A stretch of 64,000 nucleotides of DNA from NCBI GenBank assembly GCA_964016885.1, contig OZ024740.1, forward strand, positions 260,958,001 through 261,022,000, read 5' to 3'. The notes under the pieces are model-generated. The model was not told where the DNA came from, did not search any database, and saw only the letters and a program-made list of their open reading frames with translations. This DNA comes from Eledone cirrhosa (lineage: Eukaryota). How positions within the stretch are numbered: the first letter of the stretch is position 1; the number at the start of each line of letters is the position of its first letter. Positions 52,058-64,000 of this stretch are shown in pieces. Position numbers and translations under genes: made by a program.

Positions 52058-52585
52058 TTGTGATGCAGATGAAGCATGACAGCTGCATACAAAGCTGCAG
52101 AGCACTAAAAGTTGATGGAAGCCTAAGAGTGGGGTGACCCAAGAAGACCTGGAATGAGGTGATAAAAGCTGATTTTGGACAATTGCCTCTCAAAGGCGAT
52201 GACGCAAGACCGAGACCTCTGCCATTATGCAGTAATACAGAAAACTCGACTTCCCATGGGTACAAGCCGAAGCAGAAGCATATAGACAGTGTGCCCCACC
52301 CCCTCCCATTGTAAAGCAGTCATATAAGTGTCACAACAAAAAAGCTCCCAGCCCACACTGTAAAGTGGTCGTGTAGGTGCCACAGTAAAAAGCACCCAGC
52401 AGTCACTGTAAATGAGGTTGGTGTTAGGAAGGGCATCCAGCTGTAGAAATCAAGCCAGAATCAGTTCTGCATGAGCAAGACATGGTCACCTGATCTGGCA
52501 GTGCCTACAACAGGACAACCCGTCTAACCCATGCTAGCAAGGAGGACGTAAAATGGTGATGATGATGATGATGATGATGATGATA
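52058..52585 (+). mobile_element. 3' fragment of the PHD-RTE family with (GAT)n tail
   Basis: Similar to 24342-24853. Confidence 0.85.
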
Positions 52586-52972
52586 GAGAGCACGAGAGAG
52601 ATATACACACACAGATGCACACACAAATAAATACACACACATATACACACATGTATGAACACTCAAATATATATGTATATATCATTACTATATAAAAGGA
52701 AAAAATAAATATGTATATAGATATCTATGTATGTACTTGTACATGCATATATAATATTTTTTTCATTTTATATAGAAATGACTTCTACTGGACTAGAACT
52801 GTTTCATTCGTATGAAATCATTAAGACATTCTTGATGATTTCAAGAATGGAACAGTTCTCATCCTGTGAAAGTAATTTCTATATAAAATAAAAAATAAAA
52901 AATGCCTATACCCTACCAATATATTGAGTACCTTTTTATCCCCCGAGACAACTCGGGAATCTAAATATTATA

Positions 52973-53035
<63 letters not shown>

Positions 53036-53489
53036 ATATATATACAAATAAAAGCTCAAAGTATAAATACTGAGCATTATAATATTAATATGTGTAGATA
53101 TAACACAGTAAACCCGTGTCTAAAATTACGAGGGTAGATTACACCACAAATGTTATATATCATTCAACCTGAATCATATGGGATGTTACATGATTTCTTA
53201 CAAGATTTCTCATACATACCATATCAATAACCATTTCATCACCCGGACAGACTAAAGATTTAATCTGTTTCGCCCTGAATGAATCATGTTTGTAACAAGT
53301 AATCCGTAGGCATTTCGTCAGCAGGAGATAAGACTAAATGTTACATAACACCCACAACAATAAACTCACTAAAGCTTACACTGCGTGCGTTGAAAGTCTT
53401 ATGCAGTGTGAGTGGTTATGCTAGAAATAATAGCCTATTTACATAATAATAGCCTGTAAATAGGCTATTATATATATATAATTATAATG

Positions 53490-53800
53490 AAGTGACTAAC
53501 CAATTTTAAAAGTTTAAAACATTTAATTACTTCATTCTTTTAGAAAACCCAAATTAAGACATATGACATCATTAGTTAGATTTATCTGGGAATTGAAAAC
53601 TAATAATATACCTTATACATTAATTGGAGGATATTAGGAAGATACTCAACTTATAAGCCTAGTAATAGAATATGTTGATTATGTCTCTTGAAAACTCACC
53701 TCGTAATTAAATCTAAATCTAATCTCTTAAATAGGAAATCTGAAAGTTTTTCCACTTACCCACATAAAAACCTACAATCTTTCAACTATTATAAACTTAA
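53490..53800 (+). pseudogene. Second Naiad-type Penelope GIY-YIG relic
   Basis: SFRKPKLRHMTSLVRFIWELKTNNIPY..WRIL..YKPSNRIC*LCL..LLNRKSE aligns by eye with the end of ORF 47472-48443. Confidence 0.75.
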
Positions 53801-53934
53801 TATTTGATAGATAATAACTATATACTTTAACTTTTGCATAATTTTATATTGAATTTTTAATAATTTAATAATATATTACTAGTCTTTCACATTTATATAA
53901 AATATATGATACATGTATGTAAATAACATATATA

Positions 53935-54104
53935 TTCATATGTGGTTGATGGCTGAGAGAAAAGTGTACTCAATAGCAAAGTAGAGTTTTAATATTCATT
54001 TTATTAAGACTAAATAGTGAGTCTTGTTACTCTGGAGTTTCACCTGTTTATCACAGGGTCATTAGACAGGAAGTCTGATCTGATGACCCTATGATAAACT
54101 GGTG
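53935..54104. repeat. pLTR-like palindromic relic with hammerhead-like core; related inverted pair at 59010-59260
   Basis: Shared ctgatgaccc..gataaacaggtgaaactccagagta motif in both orientations. Confidence 0.65.
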
Positions 54105-54129
54105 TGTATATATATATATATATATATAT

Positions 54130-55400
54130 CGAAGGTCTGACTTCCACACCGATCTCAAGCTGTGGCACACCTCCCAGGCGTTGCTCTTCCTCTCGACCAC
54201 ATCATCTTCCGTATTCCCAATCTTTGCTCCCAAGTACAGGAAGTTGTCAACCAATTCTAGCAGCTTCCGCCTACATTAGTAATCTTCTCTGGCTTCTTAA
54301 TATTCTCTACCAGATACTTTGTCTTAATCTTATTCATTCTTAGCCCCACACTCATCAACAGTCTCAACCTCCTGCATCAACTCCTCGGCCTCCTTCACTG
54401 TGTTTATTACCAGAAATATGTCATCGGCAAATTCAGCATCCGACATATTTTTCGCCTTAACCCTCCTGCTCTGAGCCGGTGTTATAGTAAATCCAGAGTC
54501 CTGGTGTTTCTCCCGCGCAAGATGAATACAATAGTCCAAGTAGGGAGCCAATGTATCTCCCTGGAGCACTCCAGTATCTCAAAGAACTCTGTCATCCCAT
54601 CAGGTGTAATGACTTGGGCTTTGGTGTTGGTGTAGAGCAGTGATATCAGGTCCACTATCTTCTTGGGGACTCTATAAGCCTATAAGATCTTCATCAGGCA
54701 GTGATGGTCCACAGAATCAAAGGCCTTCCTAAAGTCAATGAAAACCATGACAGTAGGAAAGCGCTTTGCTCTAGCTCCCTCTAATATCCTCCTCAGCATC
54801 AGGATGTGACTGGTGGTTGATCTTCCCTCTCTGAAGCCGTTCTGGTTTTCCCTGAGCTTCTTCTCCATCTCGGGCTGAATCCTGTTAAGAATCATCCTGT
54901 TGAGGGTCTTTGTCACAAGTGATGTCAGTGAGATCGCCCTGTAGTAAAGACCTGAAGATCCATCTCTTCATTGCTGTAGTGGAGTCTGTACTGCTGTACG
55001 GGTCTGAGATTTGGACACTGACCAAGAAACTCACTCAGATGGTAGATAGGTGCTACACGAGAATGCTGAGGATGGCTCTGAACATTAATCAGTATACACT
55101 GAGGATGAAGAACTCAGAGATGTATGGGAGCCTCCCAAAAGTCAGCTCGAAAGTAACACAGAAGAGACTGAGGTTAGCTGGACATGCTCACCGACATCCA
55201 GAGTTGACACTGCACTCAGTGCTCCTGTGGGAGCCCCTGCATGGACACACTGGAAGAGGAAGACCGAGGTTAACATATACTGATGCCCTAAGGACAGACA
55301 CTGGTCTCTTGGAGACGCAGGACATGGCAGTGATTATGAGGGACAGAGACCACTGGAGAGAACTCGTCCATGGATTTCAGGAATTTTACCCGCCCTAGAT
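54130..55400 (+). mobile_element. RTE/RTEX-like LINE with inverted 5' segment (54130-54945 minus; 54944-55400 plus)
   Basis: Minus: YRAISLTS..QNGFR..FIDFRKAFD..LQGDTLAPY..FADD..WKSDLR. Plus: KDLKIHLF..LLYGSEIW..LRLAGH..RGRP. Confidence 0.93.
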
Positions 55401-55559
55401 ATATATATATATATATACATATTGTAAATGTGGTTGGTGTTAGAAAAGGCATCCAGCTGTAAAGATCCCAGCCAAATTACAGTTTTGGGTGACCCATCTA
55501 TTCCATACAGGCATGGAAAAATAGACATTAAGCTGTAATGATGATGATATCCAAAATTA

Positions 55560-55920
55560 AAAATCCAGGTTTTCTTGTTCCTGTTGGAGGAACCCCTCTC
55601 TGATTGATTTGATCTCCACCGCTTCCTATCTCTGGCCATACTAGACCATATGGGGCTGAGGTATCGGGTTAGATCATCGTGCCATCTTGCCTTTGGCTGC
55701 CCTCTAATTTTTCTCTGCTCTGTCACTCTAAGAGTTCACCTGTTGTCTCAGTGATGAGAGACATGACATGGCCAGCTTATGTATGTTTTCCATACATGAG
55801 GGTCTCAATTATGTCCTTCACTCCAGTCTGCAGTCAAATCAAGGTATCTTCCTATCATGTAAGGTGATGTCAAGCTTGATTCACTCCCTTTTACATTGGG
55901 CCATTGCAAGAGTCTCTGCT
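55560..55920 (-). mobile_element. RTE-like 3' fragment
   Basis: AGHV..RGQPKARWHDDL..ARDRKRW. Confidence 0.65.
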
Positions 55921-57451
55921 GTGATATTGTGATAATGTGGAATAACAGTTACATTGTGTATGTAGGTATTTAATAAGGAGGATTACAAAGCCACATGTGT
56001 GAGAGAGAGTGCATTATAATGTAGCTGTTGTGAGATATATACTGGTTTATATGACACAGGCCACTACACAGAGTATATTTTAATGTAATTTATATCAATA
56101 GTAGATAAAACTTTTATAACAAGTTAATTTGCCTTATATGAATTGAATGTAATTATAGGGGGAAGTCACCTCATGCTTCAGAAACTGAGAGAACCATTGG
56201 TCTGATTAACATTCTGGTTCAAAACAGACTTTACACATTTTTAGATTTTTATATTGGGGCTAACTCCAAAGATTGCATCAAACACTCACCTTTCAGAAAA
56301 TTAAACATTCTTGAAAATTACAAAACAGGTCTATGACTGGATCACATTAAAAAATTAATGTCTTTATTTTAGTTACAGCAAATTTTCACAACAATCTGCT
56401 CACTAGTAAAAGATATTATAAACATTTAAATAAACATTCTCTGCCCCCCTTCCTGTTTTTTAGATATTTTCTGCTGAATCATTGGATGGTGGTAAGAGTT
56501 AAGTTAAATAAAATAATTAGGATATATGATGGTTAAATAAAGCATGCCCTACTAGATATGGGATGGTTAGACAGGGGGCAGTGGAGGAGCAGTAGAGATG
56601 ATATAATAGTATATTAAATATCAAATGATATATATTATATATAAATTAACGATTTTATTTATTATATATTATTTACAATTTGCATGTAGGCAGATCTCTC
56701 TGGAAATAGGGCTGGGGTGCTCAGGGTATTACATAGTTTGAGAACATCTGCTCTACTGGATATGTATTGTCTAATAGGACAGTACCAATGTTTTATTAAA
56801 TGACATTGGCTTCTGATGAGTGTTCCAGTTGTTCAAACAACAAAACAGTCTTGTATGGGTGAATAATCTGTAAGTAGCAGAGCATTCGACTCAATGCAGT
56901 TCTCAGGGAGATTCAGTAAGACACAGAGTTTGTGTGAGAAGGCTGTTGCAGTGGTGTACGGTGCTGCAACATTAAATAAAGTGTCTTGCTCAAGGATGCA
57001 ATGCACTGTTGGGAATGAAGCTCCCAACCTTACAATCATTAGCCAAACAACCTTACCACAAAGCCACATTCATGTACAATGTATAAATGTAAGCTGCCAC
57101 ATACAGTGTCTAATCAGTGGTGCTGATATTTCAAATACTATGGTGTGTTTGACAAAGAAGCATGTCTATTATTTCCTTTCAAGGATAAAATAATATAGGT
57201 GGGTGTCAAATTTCAAGATTCCAGGTGACATATTACCAAGTTTAGGTTTTCATTTTATATTTGAAGAAAAGAATTCTTACTTTCTGGAGAGAGACAAAGA
57301 AAGAAAATGTTCATTTTTAGAACAATTATTTAAAACTTCTTTTGAAAATAGATGCCAATTTAGAAAGTCGATGTAAAAATGATGTTGATGATGATGATAT
57401 ATTATTGACTCATTTAAAAAAGTACACACACACATATATATACATAATTAC

Positions 57452-58650
57452 ATAGTCATGGCAAAACTCTCTGCAATGGGTGTGAAAGATGATCTTTTTA
57501 ACTGGTTGAAGTCCTTCATTCTCAGTCGAAAAGAGGTAATCACAGTTCTAGGACAGCATTCTTCACCTTATGAGATGCCATCTGGTGTACCGCAGGGATC
57601 TGTTCTCGGTCCACTTTTGTTTGTTGCATATATTAATGGCATTGATGCCAACTTAAAGAATGCCACAGTGCTGAAATATGCAGATGACATCAAGCTGAAC
57701 CTTGAGATAAAAAGGACAGATGCTGAATACTATAGATCTTTCCTGCAATCAGACCTGGACTCAATGCAGCAATGTATCATGGACTGGCTACTCAAGCTGG
57801 CTGTGGACAAGTGTACCATCATGAATTTGGGGAGGAAAAACCCAGCGTCCACATACTCCCTCCACAACACTAATATCAAGAAGTCTTCTTGTGAATGTGA
57901 CCTGGGCATTACTGTCAGCAGCGATTTGCGTTGGACAAAGCACATCTCTAATATTGTCAAGAAGGCCGAGGGTGTTTTGGTATCACTCAGCAAGACCTTT
58001 GTCAGCCACTCTCCAGCTATCTATTTAAAGATGTATATAGATATGGTGCGGCCACACTTAAAATTTGCATCACCAGTCTGAAACCACTATCTTGCTCCGA
58101 ACATTGACCGCCTGGAAACTGTTCAGAAATGTACAACCAAGCGAATACCCTCCATCAGGCATCTACCATACTCTGAACGCCTTGCTTACCTGGACATGGA
58201 TACATTGAGGCTCCGATGTCTGGCAACTGACTTGGTAAACACCCACAAAATTATTAACCATCTTGCCAACAACAACCTTGAGCAGCATTTTGAATTCCAT
58301 GTGTCTAACACACATAGGTATGCCTATAAAGTCAGAAAAGAGCACAGCTCCCATGACTTTCGGAAACATTTTTTGACGCTCAGAGTTGCTGAAGCATGGA
58401 ACAAACTACCTGCATCAGTTGTTAGTTGCTGAGACACTGCATCCTTTAAAACCTCCATGCTTCCTGAAATTCGCCAATACTACAACTGATATCCTCCCCC
58501 CACTACCATCATACACACATACACATGTATATCATGACTCATGCACTGTTCACTTTCCTGACATTTGTACATTATTCTATGTACTATACATGCACCTTTG
58601 ATGAGTTGTAGTGCACCTGAGCACTGTACACAATAATTTCATTATTATTA
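57452..58650 (+). mobile_element. 5'-truncated CR1-clade LINE
   Basis: SGVPQGSVLGPLLF, KYADDIK, LQSDLD, VRPHL.FASPV, AWNKLP; (ATT)n tail. Confidence 0.92.
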
Positions 58651-58667
58651 AATATATATATATAGAT

Positions 58668-59005
58668 GGAGGCACATGGCTTAGTGGTTAGAGCATTGGC
58701 CTTGCAATCGAAAGGTTGTGAGTTCAATTCTCAGACTGGGTGATGTGTTGTTTCCTTGAGCAAGACACTTTATTTCACATTGCTCCAGTTTACTCAGCTG
58801 TAGAAATGAGATGATAGGGACTGGGGTCCATATCATTCCACTGTAAAGTGGTCGTGGAGGTGCCACAGCAAAAAAGCACCCAGCACTCACTGTAAATGAG
58901 GTTGGTGTTAGGAAGGGCATCCAGCTGTAGAAATCAAGCCAGCATCAGTTCCCGTCCCACCCTTGCAAGCAGGGAAAAGCGGACGTAAAATGAAATGAAA
59001 AAATG
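58668..59005 (+). mobile_element. tRNA/CORE-like SINE, tail type B
   Basis: A-box tggcttagtgg, B-box gagttcaattc, ccttgagcaagacacttt body, RTE-like tail. Confidence 0.9.
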
Positions 59006-59274
59006 ATATAGGCTAAAAAGTGAGCCTTGTTATTCTGGAGTTTCACCTGTTTATAACATGGTCATCAGACAATGTATATACATAACCTGCTACATACAAT
59101 GTCTAGTCAGTCGTGCTGATATTTCAAATACTATTGTCTGATAAACAGGTGAAACTCCAAAGAAATAGGACTCACTATTTAGCCTTAATAAAATGAATAT
59201 TTAAACTCTACTTTGGTATTGAGTACTTTCCCTCTCAGTTATCAACCATATATGGATATATAACAGATACACAC

Positions 59275-59312
<38 letters not shown>

Positions 59313-59413
59313 ATATAATATAGTAATAATAAATGTGAAGACTAAAATCCGTAGGTAAGGATTATATATATGTATATAAATATATATCAAATATATAAAA
59401 ACCCGTAGAGCAA

Positions 59414-59567
59414 ATATTTATTATAAGAACAGATTAAAGTTTAAGCAAAGAATCGCTGCTTTCACCCTTAGTGGGATCTTCTGAAACTCTGAGTTTCAGA
59501 AGATCTCATTAAGGGTGAAAGCAGCAATTTTTTGCTTAAACTTTAATCTGTTCTTATAATAAATATA
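59414..59567. repeat. Near-perfect palindrome, ~75-bp arms
   Basis: atatttattataagaacag...ctgaaactc t gagtttcag...ctgttcttataataaatat. Confidence 0.92.
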
Positions 59568-59583
59568 TATATTATATATATAT

Positions 59584-59772
59584 AATTGTTTCTACTTTTG
59601 GCACAAGGCCAGCAAATTACCCAGTGCATTACTGGTACTTTATTTTATCGACCCCGTAAGGATGAAAAGCAAAGTTAACCTCGGTGGGATTTGAACCCAG
59701 AATGGTAAGGACCGTAACTCTATGTGTCAAAGCATGGCGTCCGACCCTCTACCGATACTGCCAACCCACCTC
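59584..59772 (-). mobile_element. SINE family 2 copy
   Basis: Reverse complement resembles 19899-20090. Confidence 0.85.
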
Positions 59773-59869
59773 TGAAGAGTTACTGCAGTCACTGATACTT
59801 AGCTATGTTCAATATATATATATATTTTTTTTCATTTTTCCTTTATCTTTTATTTTATTTTAATATATT

Positions 59870-60212
59870 GGAGGCACATGGCTTAGTGGTTAGAACATTG
59901 GCCTTGCAATCGAAAGGTTGTGAGTTCAATTCTCAGACTGGGTGTAGTGTTGTTTCCTTGAGCAAGATACTTTATTTCACATTGCTCCAGTTTACTCAGC
60001 TGTAGAAATGAGATGATAGGACTGGGGTCCCTATCATTCCACTGCAAAGTGGTCGTGGAGGTGCCACAGCAAAAAAAAAGCACCCAGCCCACACTGTAAA
60101 TGAGGTTGGTGTTAGGAAGGGCATCCAGCTGTAGAAATCAAGCCAGAATCTGTTCCCGTCCCACCCTTGCAAGCAGGGAAAAGTGGACGTAAAATGATGA
60201 TGATGATGATGA
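59870..60212 (+). mobile_element. tRNA/CORE-like SINE, tail type B
   Basis: Near-identical to 58668-59005. Confidence 0.9.
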
Positions 60213-60355
60213 TATTGTCCTAGCATTAGTATAATTTGACCGTAGTACTGTAAAGTAATAAATGCTTTAAGATATCTATTCCATCATTTAAATTTGTTAC
60301 ATAAATACATGCATGCATACATACATACATACATACATATATATATATATACATG

Positions 60356-60389
<34 letters not shown>

Positions 60390-60397
60390 TACATGCA

Positions 60398-60433
<36 letters not shown>

Positions 60434-60893
60434 TATACATGCATACATACATACATATATACATACATATATACTTATATACATACATATTGCTTTATAA
60501 TGACGATTTTCTCTCTTTCTCTCTTCTCTCACAGTACTGAGACATTACAGGGACCAGAGATTTACAGGAAACATGGTAACTTAACTCCCTCCCTCTCTCT
60601 CCTACTTTCCATTGAATAAAAAAAGTAATAATAATAGTGAGGTACAGTATAAAAAAAATAGACAGACACCTAAACCTCAGAAGGTATATTTTACCCCAGA
60701 ATATGTTCAACAATTAATATTATATATTAGTTGAGAGCTGTGATCAATGTTTACGGAAATAAATAAAAAGAAAGAATCTCAAATATGCCACACCACACCA
60801 TGCTAGGGGTCTTTAGCTCTTTATGGAGTCATAAGGGTCAATTGTACACACTGAAACCTTGCAGAGCCCAACACTCTTGAAAACAGTTGATTT

Positions 60894-60929
<36 letters not shown>

Positions 60930-62036
60930 CAATCTCAGTATTGGATTTTATTTTGAAACTTCTGGATCTGACCGCACTAAGGATATTACTAACCCTGCAT
61001 TTTCTGCTACACAGTCCTCACTGACCCATGCTAAATCATGTGATAGGTCATAACATCATATTTCCACAGCATTGCTAGAGTCAATCTCAAAGGATGAAAA
61101 ACAAAGTTGGCCTAGGCAGGATTTGAACACAGAGTACACAAAGCCAGAATGAATACCACAAAGTATTCATTCTGACAGTGTATCAATTCTACCAATTCAA
61201 TAGCTTGGTCTTAAATATACTGAAACACCAACACAAGTAACAACAGACTGCTGAGGGTGGAAGGGAAGGAGAGTCTAGTGCTACCATGACATTGGAGGAG
61301 ATGTGGCTGAGAGGATTGATAATAAAACATTGTGAACTTGCAGTTGATATGTCTTGTGTTCAAAACCTGCTCTGGGCTATGTGGCTGGGGTGTATCTCAC
61401 TGTGATTTCTTAAATTGACCTCAACCTCGCTTTATTTCATTGTGTTAGGGGTTGGGAAAATTACTTGTGAAAGACTAGCCTCCCATCCCAGAGGAGATGT
61501 ATCTGCTGTATAGATCTCTATGGCTGGAGAAAGAGTTAAGGATCTCAAACAAATAATTATTTGTTGATTACCTGTTGATCCTCACATCATCATCATCAGC
61601 AGTAACATCAAACCTATTAAATTATTGATGTAATATTATATGTGTAGCAATGGTATTATGCTGCCCCATATGTCCTCAATGAGCCACTGGGAAAGGCATA
61701 AATGCCACATCTTCCCAGCTACTTGTCCCCTGTAAGTGTGTGTGTGAGTGTATGTGTAAAGCTTCCTGCTTCTAAAAAATCATATTAGCCTGTTATGTTT
61801 GTTTCCATTCATTATATATATTATATTATATATTTAATACAACAATATACAGTGTTTACTTTCTGCAATAGTGCTGCTTGATTTCTGCTGAGTGTTAACA
61901 TATATAATGTGTGAGAGAGAAGGGGAAGGGGAAAGAGGAAGATAGAGAGAGTGAGTGAAAAAGGGAGTAATATATTTATTGGTTTCAACTGTTGGTTCAA
62001 TTGTATATATTATAATGCATAGACATTTATGTGTAA

Positions 62037-62078
<42 letters not shown>

Positions 62079-62083
<5 letters not shown>

Positions 62084-62305
62084 GATAAAAGAACTGGAGG
62101 CCAGGCTGGTGATATCCCTCTAAAGTTTTATTGTTGCACAAAAAAAATATATTTCAATTTATTGATTAACTAATTAAGCAATCAGCACCTGATGATGTTA
62201 CCAGTATCTTACATAACCAGGCCATTGAAATTTACATAGTGTTTTTGCAAGAATAAAACTTTACAGGGATATCATCAGTCTGGCATCCTGTTGTTTTATC
62301 AAATT
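62079..62305. repeat. Imperfect fold-back with hammerhead-like core (62184-62243)
   Basis: aatttgataaaa... / ...ttttatcaaatt arms; CTGATGA at 62189 and GAAA at 62227. Confidence 0.7.
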
Positions 62306-62452
62306 AATATTTCACTCCGCCCCTACATCACCCACAGGATTCAATATCAATGATGGATGTGTTGAATAGCATAGAGTGCTTTTCCTACTATTACATCATG
62401 GTTAACTAAATGGAATGACCAGTTCTATCCATTCGTGAACCACAAAACATAA

Positions 62453-64000
<1,548 letters not shown>

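Noticed and set aside
53676-53678. Selenocysteine UGA in a Naiad GIY-YIG (C*LC), as reported for some Naiads
   Set aside because: The TGA sits at the Arg position of CRLC, consistent with CGA-to-TGA decay in a frameshifted relic; the intact element has no in-frame TGA.
58668-58740. tRNA gene
   Set aside because: The A/B boxes belong to a SINE head that continues into a repeat body; no full cloverleaf is evident.

Overview
Repeat-dominated, AT-rich eukaryotic DNA. The SINE/RTE/Penelope repertoire and (TA)n/(TACA)n load suggest an octopus-like cephalopod; this is an inference. One host gene can be assembled by hand from five GT-AG coding exons on + (35024-44849). It encodes a 242-aa type I membrane protein with signal peptide, CUB-like ectodomain, TM helix and C-terminal PPxY, and the ORF track misses it. 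The rest is mobile DNA. It includes a long RTE LINE with three C-terminal C2H2 fingers, split by a young PHD-finger RTE, and a 5'-only Tx1/L1. It also holds a GalEa-like Copia relic abutting a 2.6-kb 37-bp minisatellite, a CR1, two SINE families and MITEs. A Naiad-type Penelope-like element carries 746-bp inverted pLTRs, each with a minimal hammerhead ribozyme. The most notable signals are (i) several fold-back palindromes carrying minimal type I hammerhead motifs, (ii) two independent twin-priming-type 5' inversions of one RTE-like family, both in (TA)n, and (iii) the unannotated CUB-TM-PPxY gene. Boundaries were read by eye and are approximate unless splice sites are quoted.
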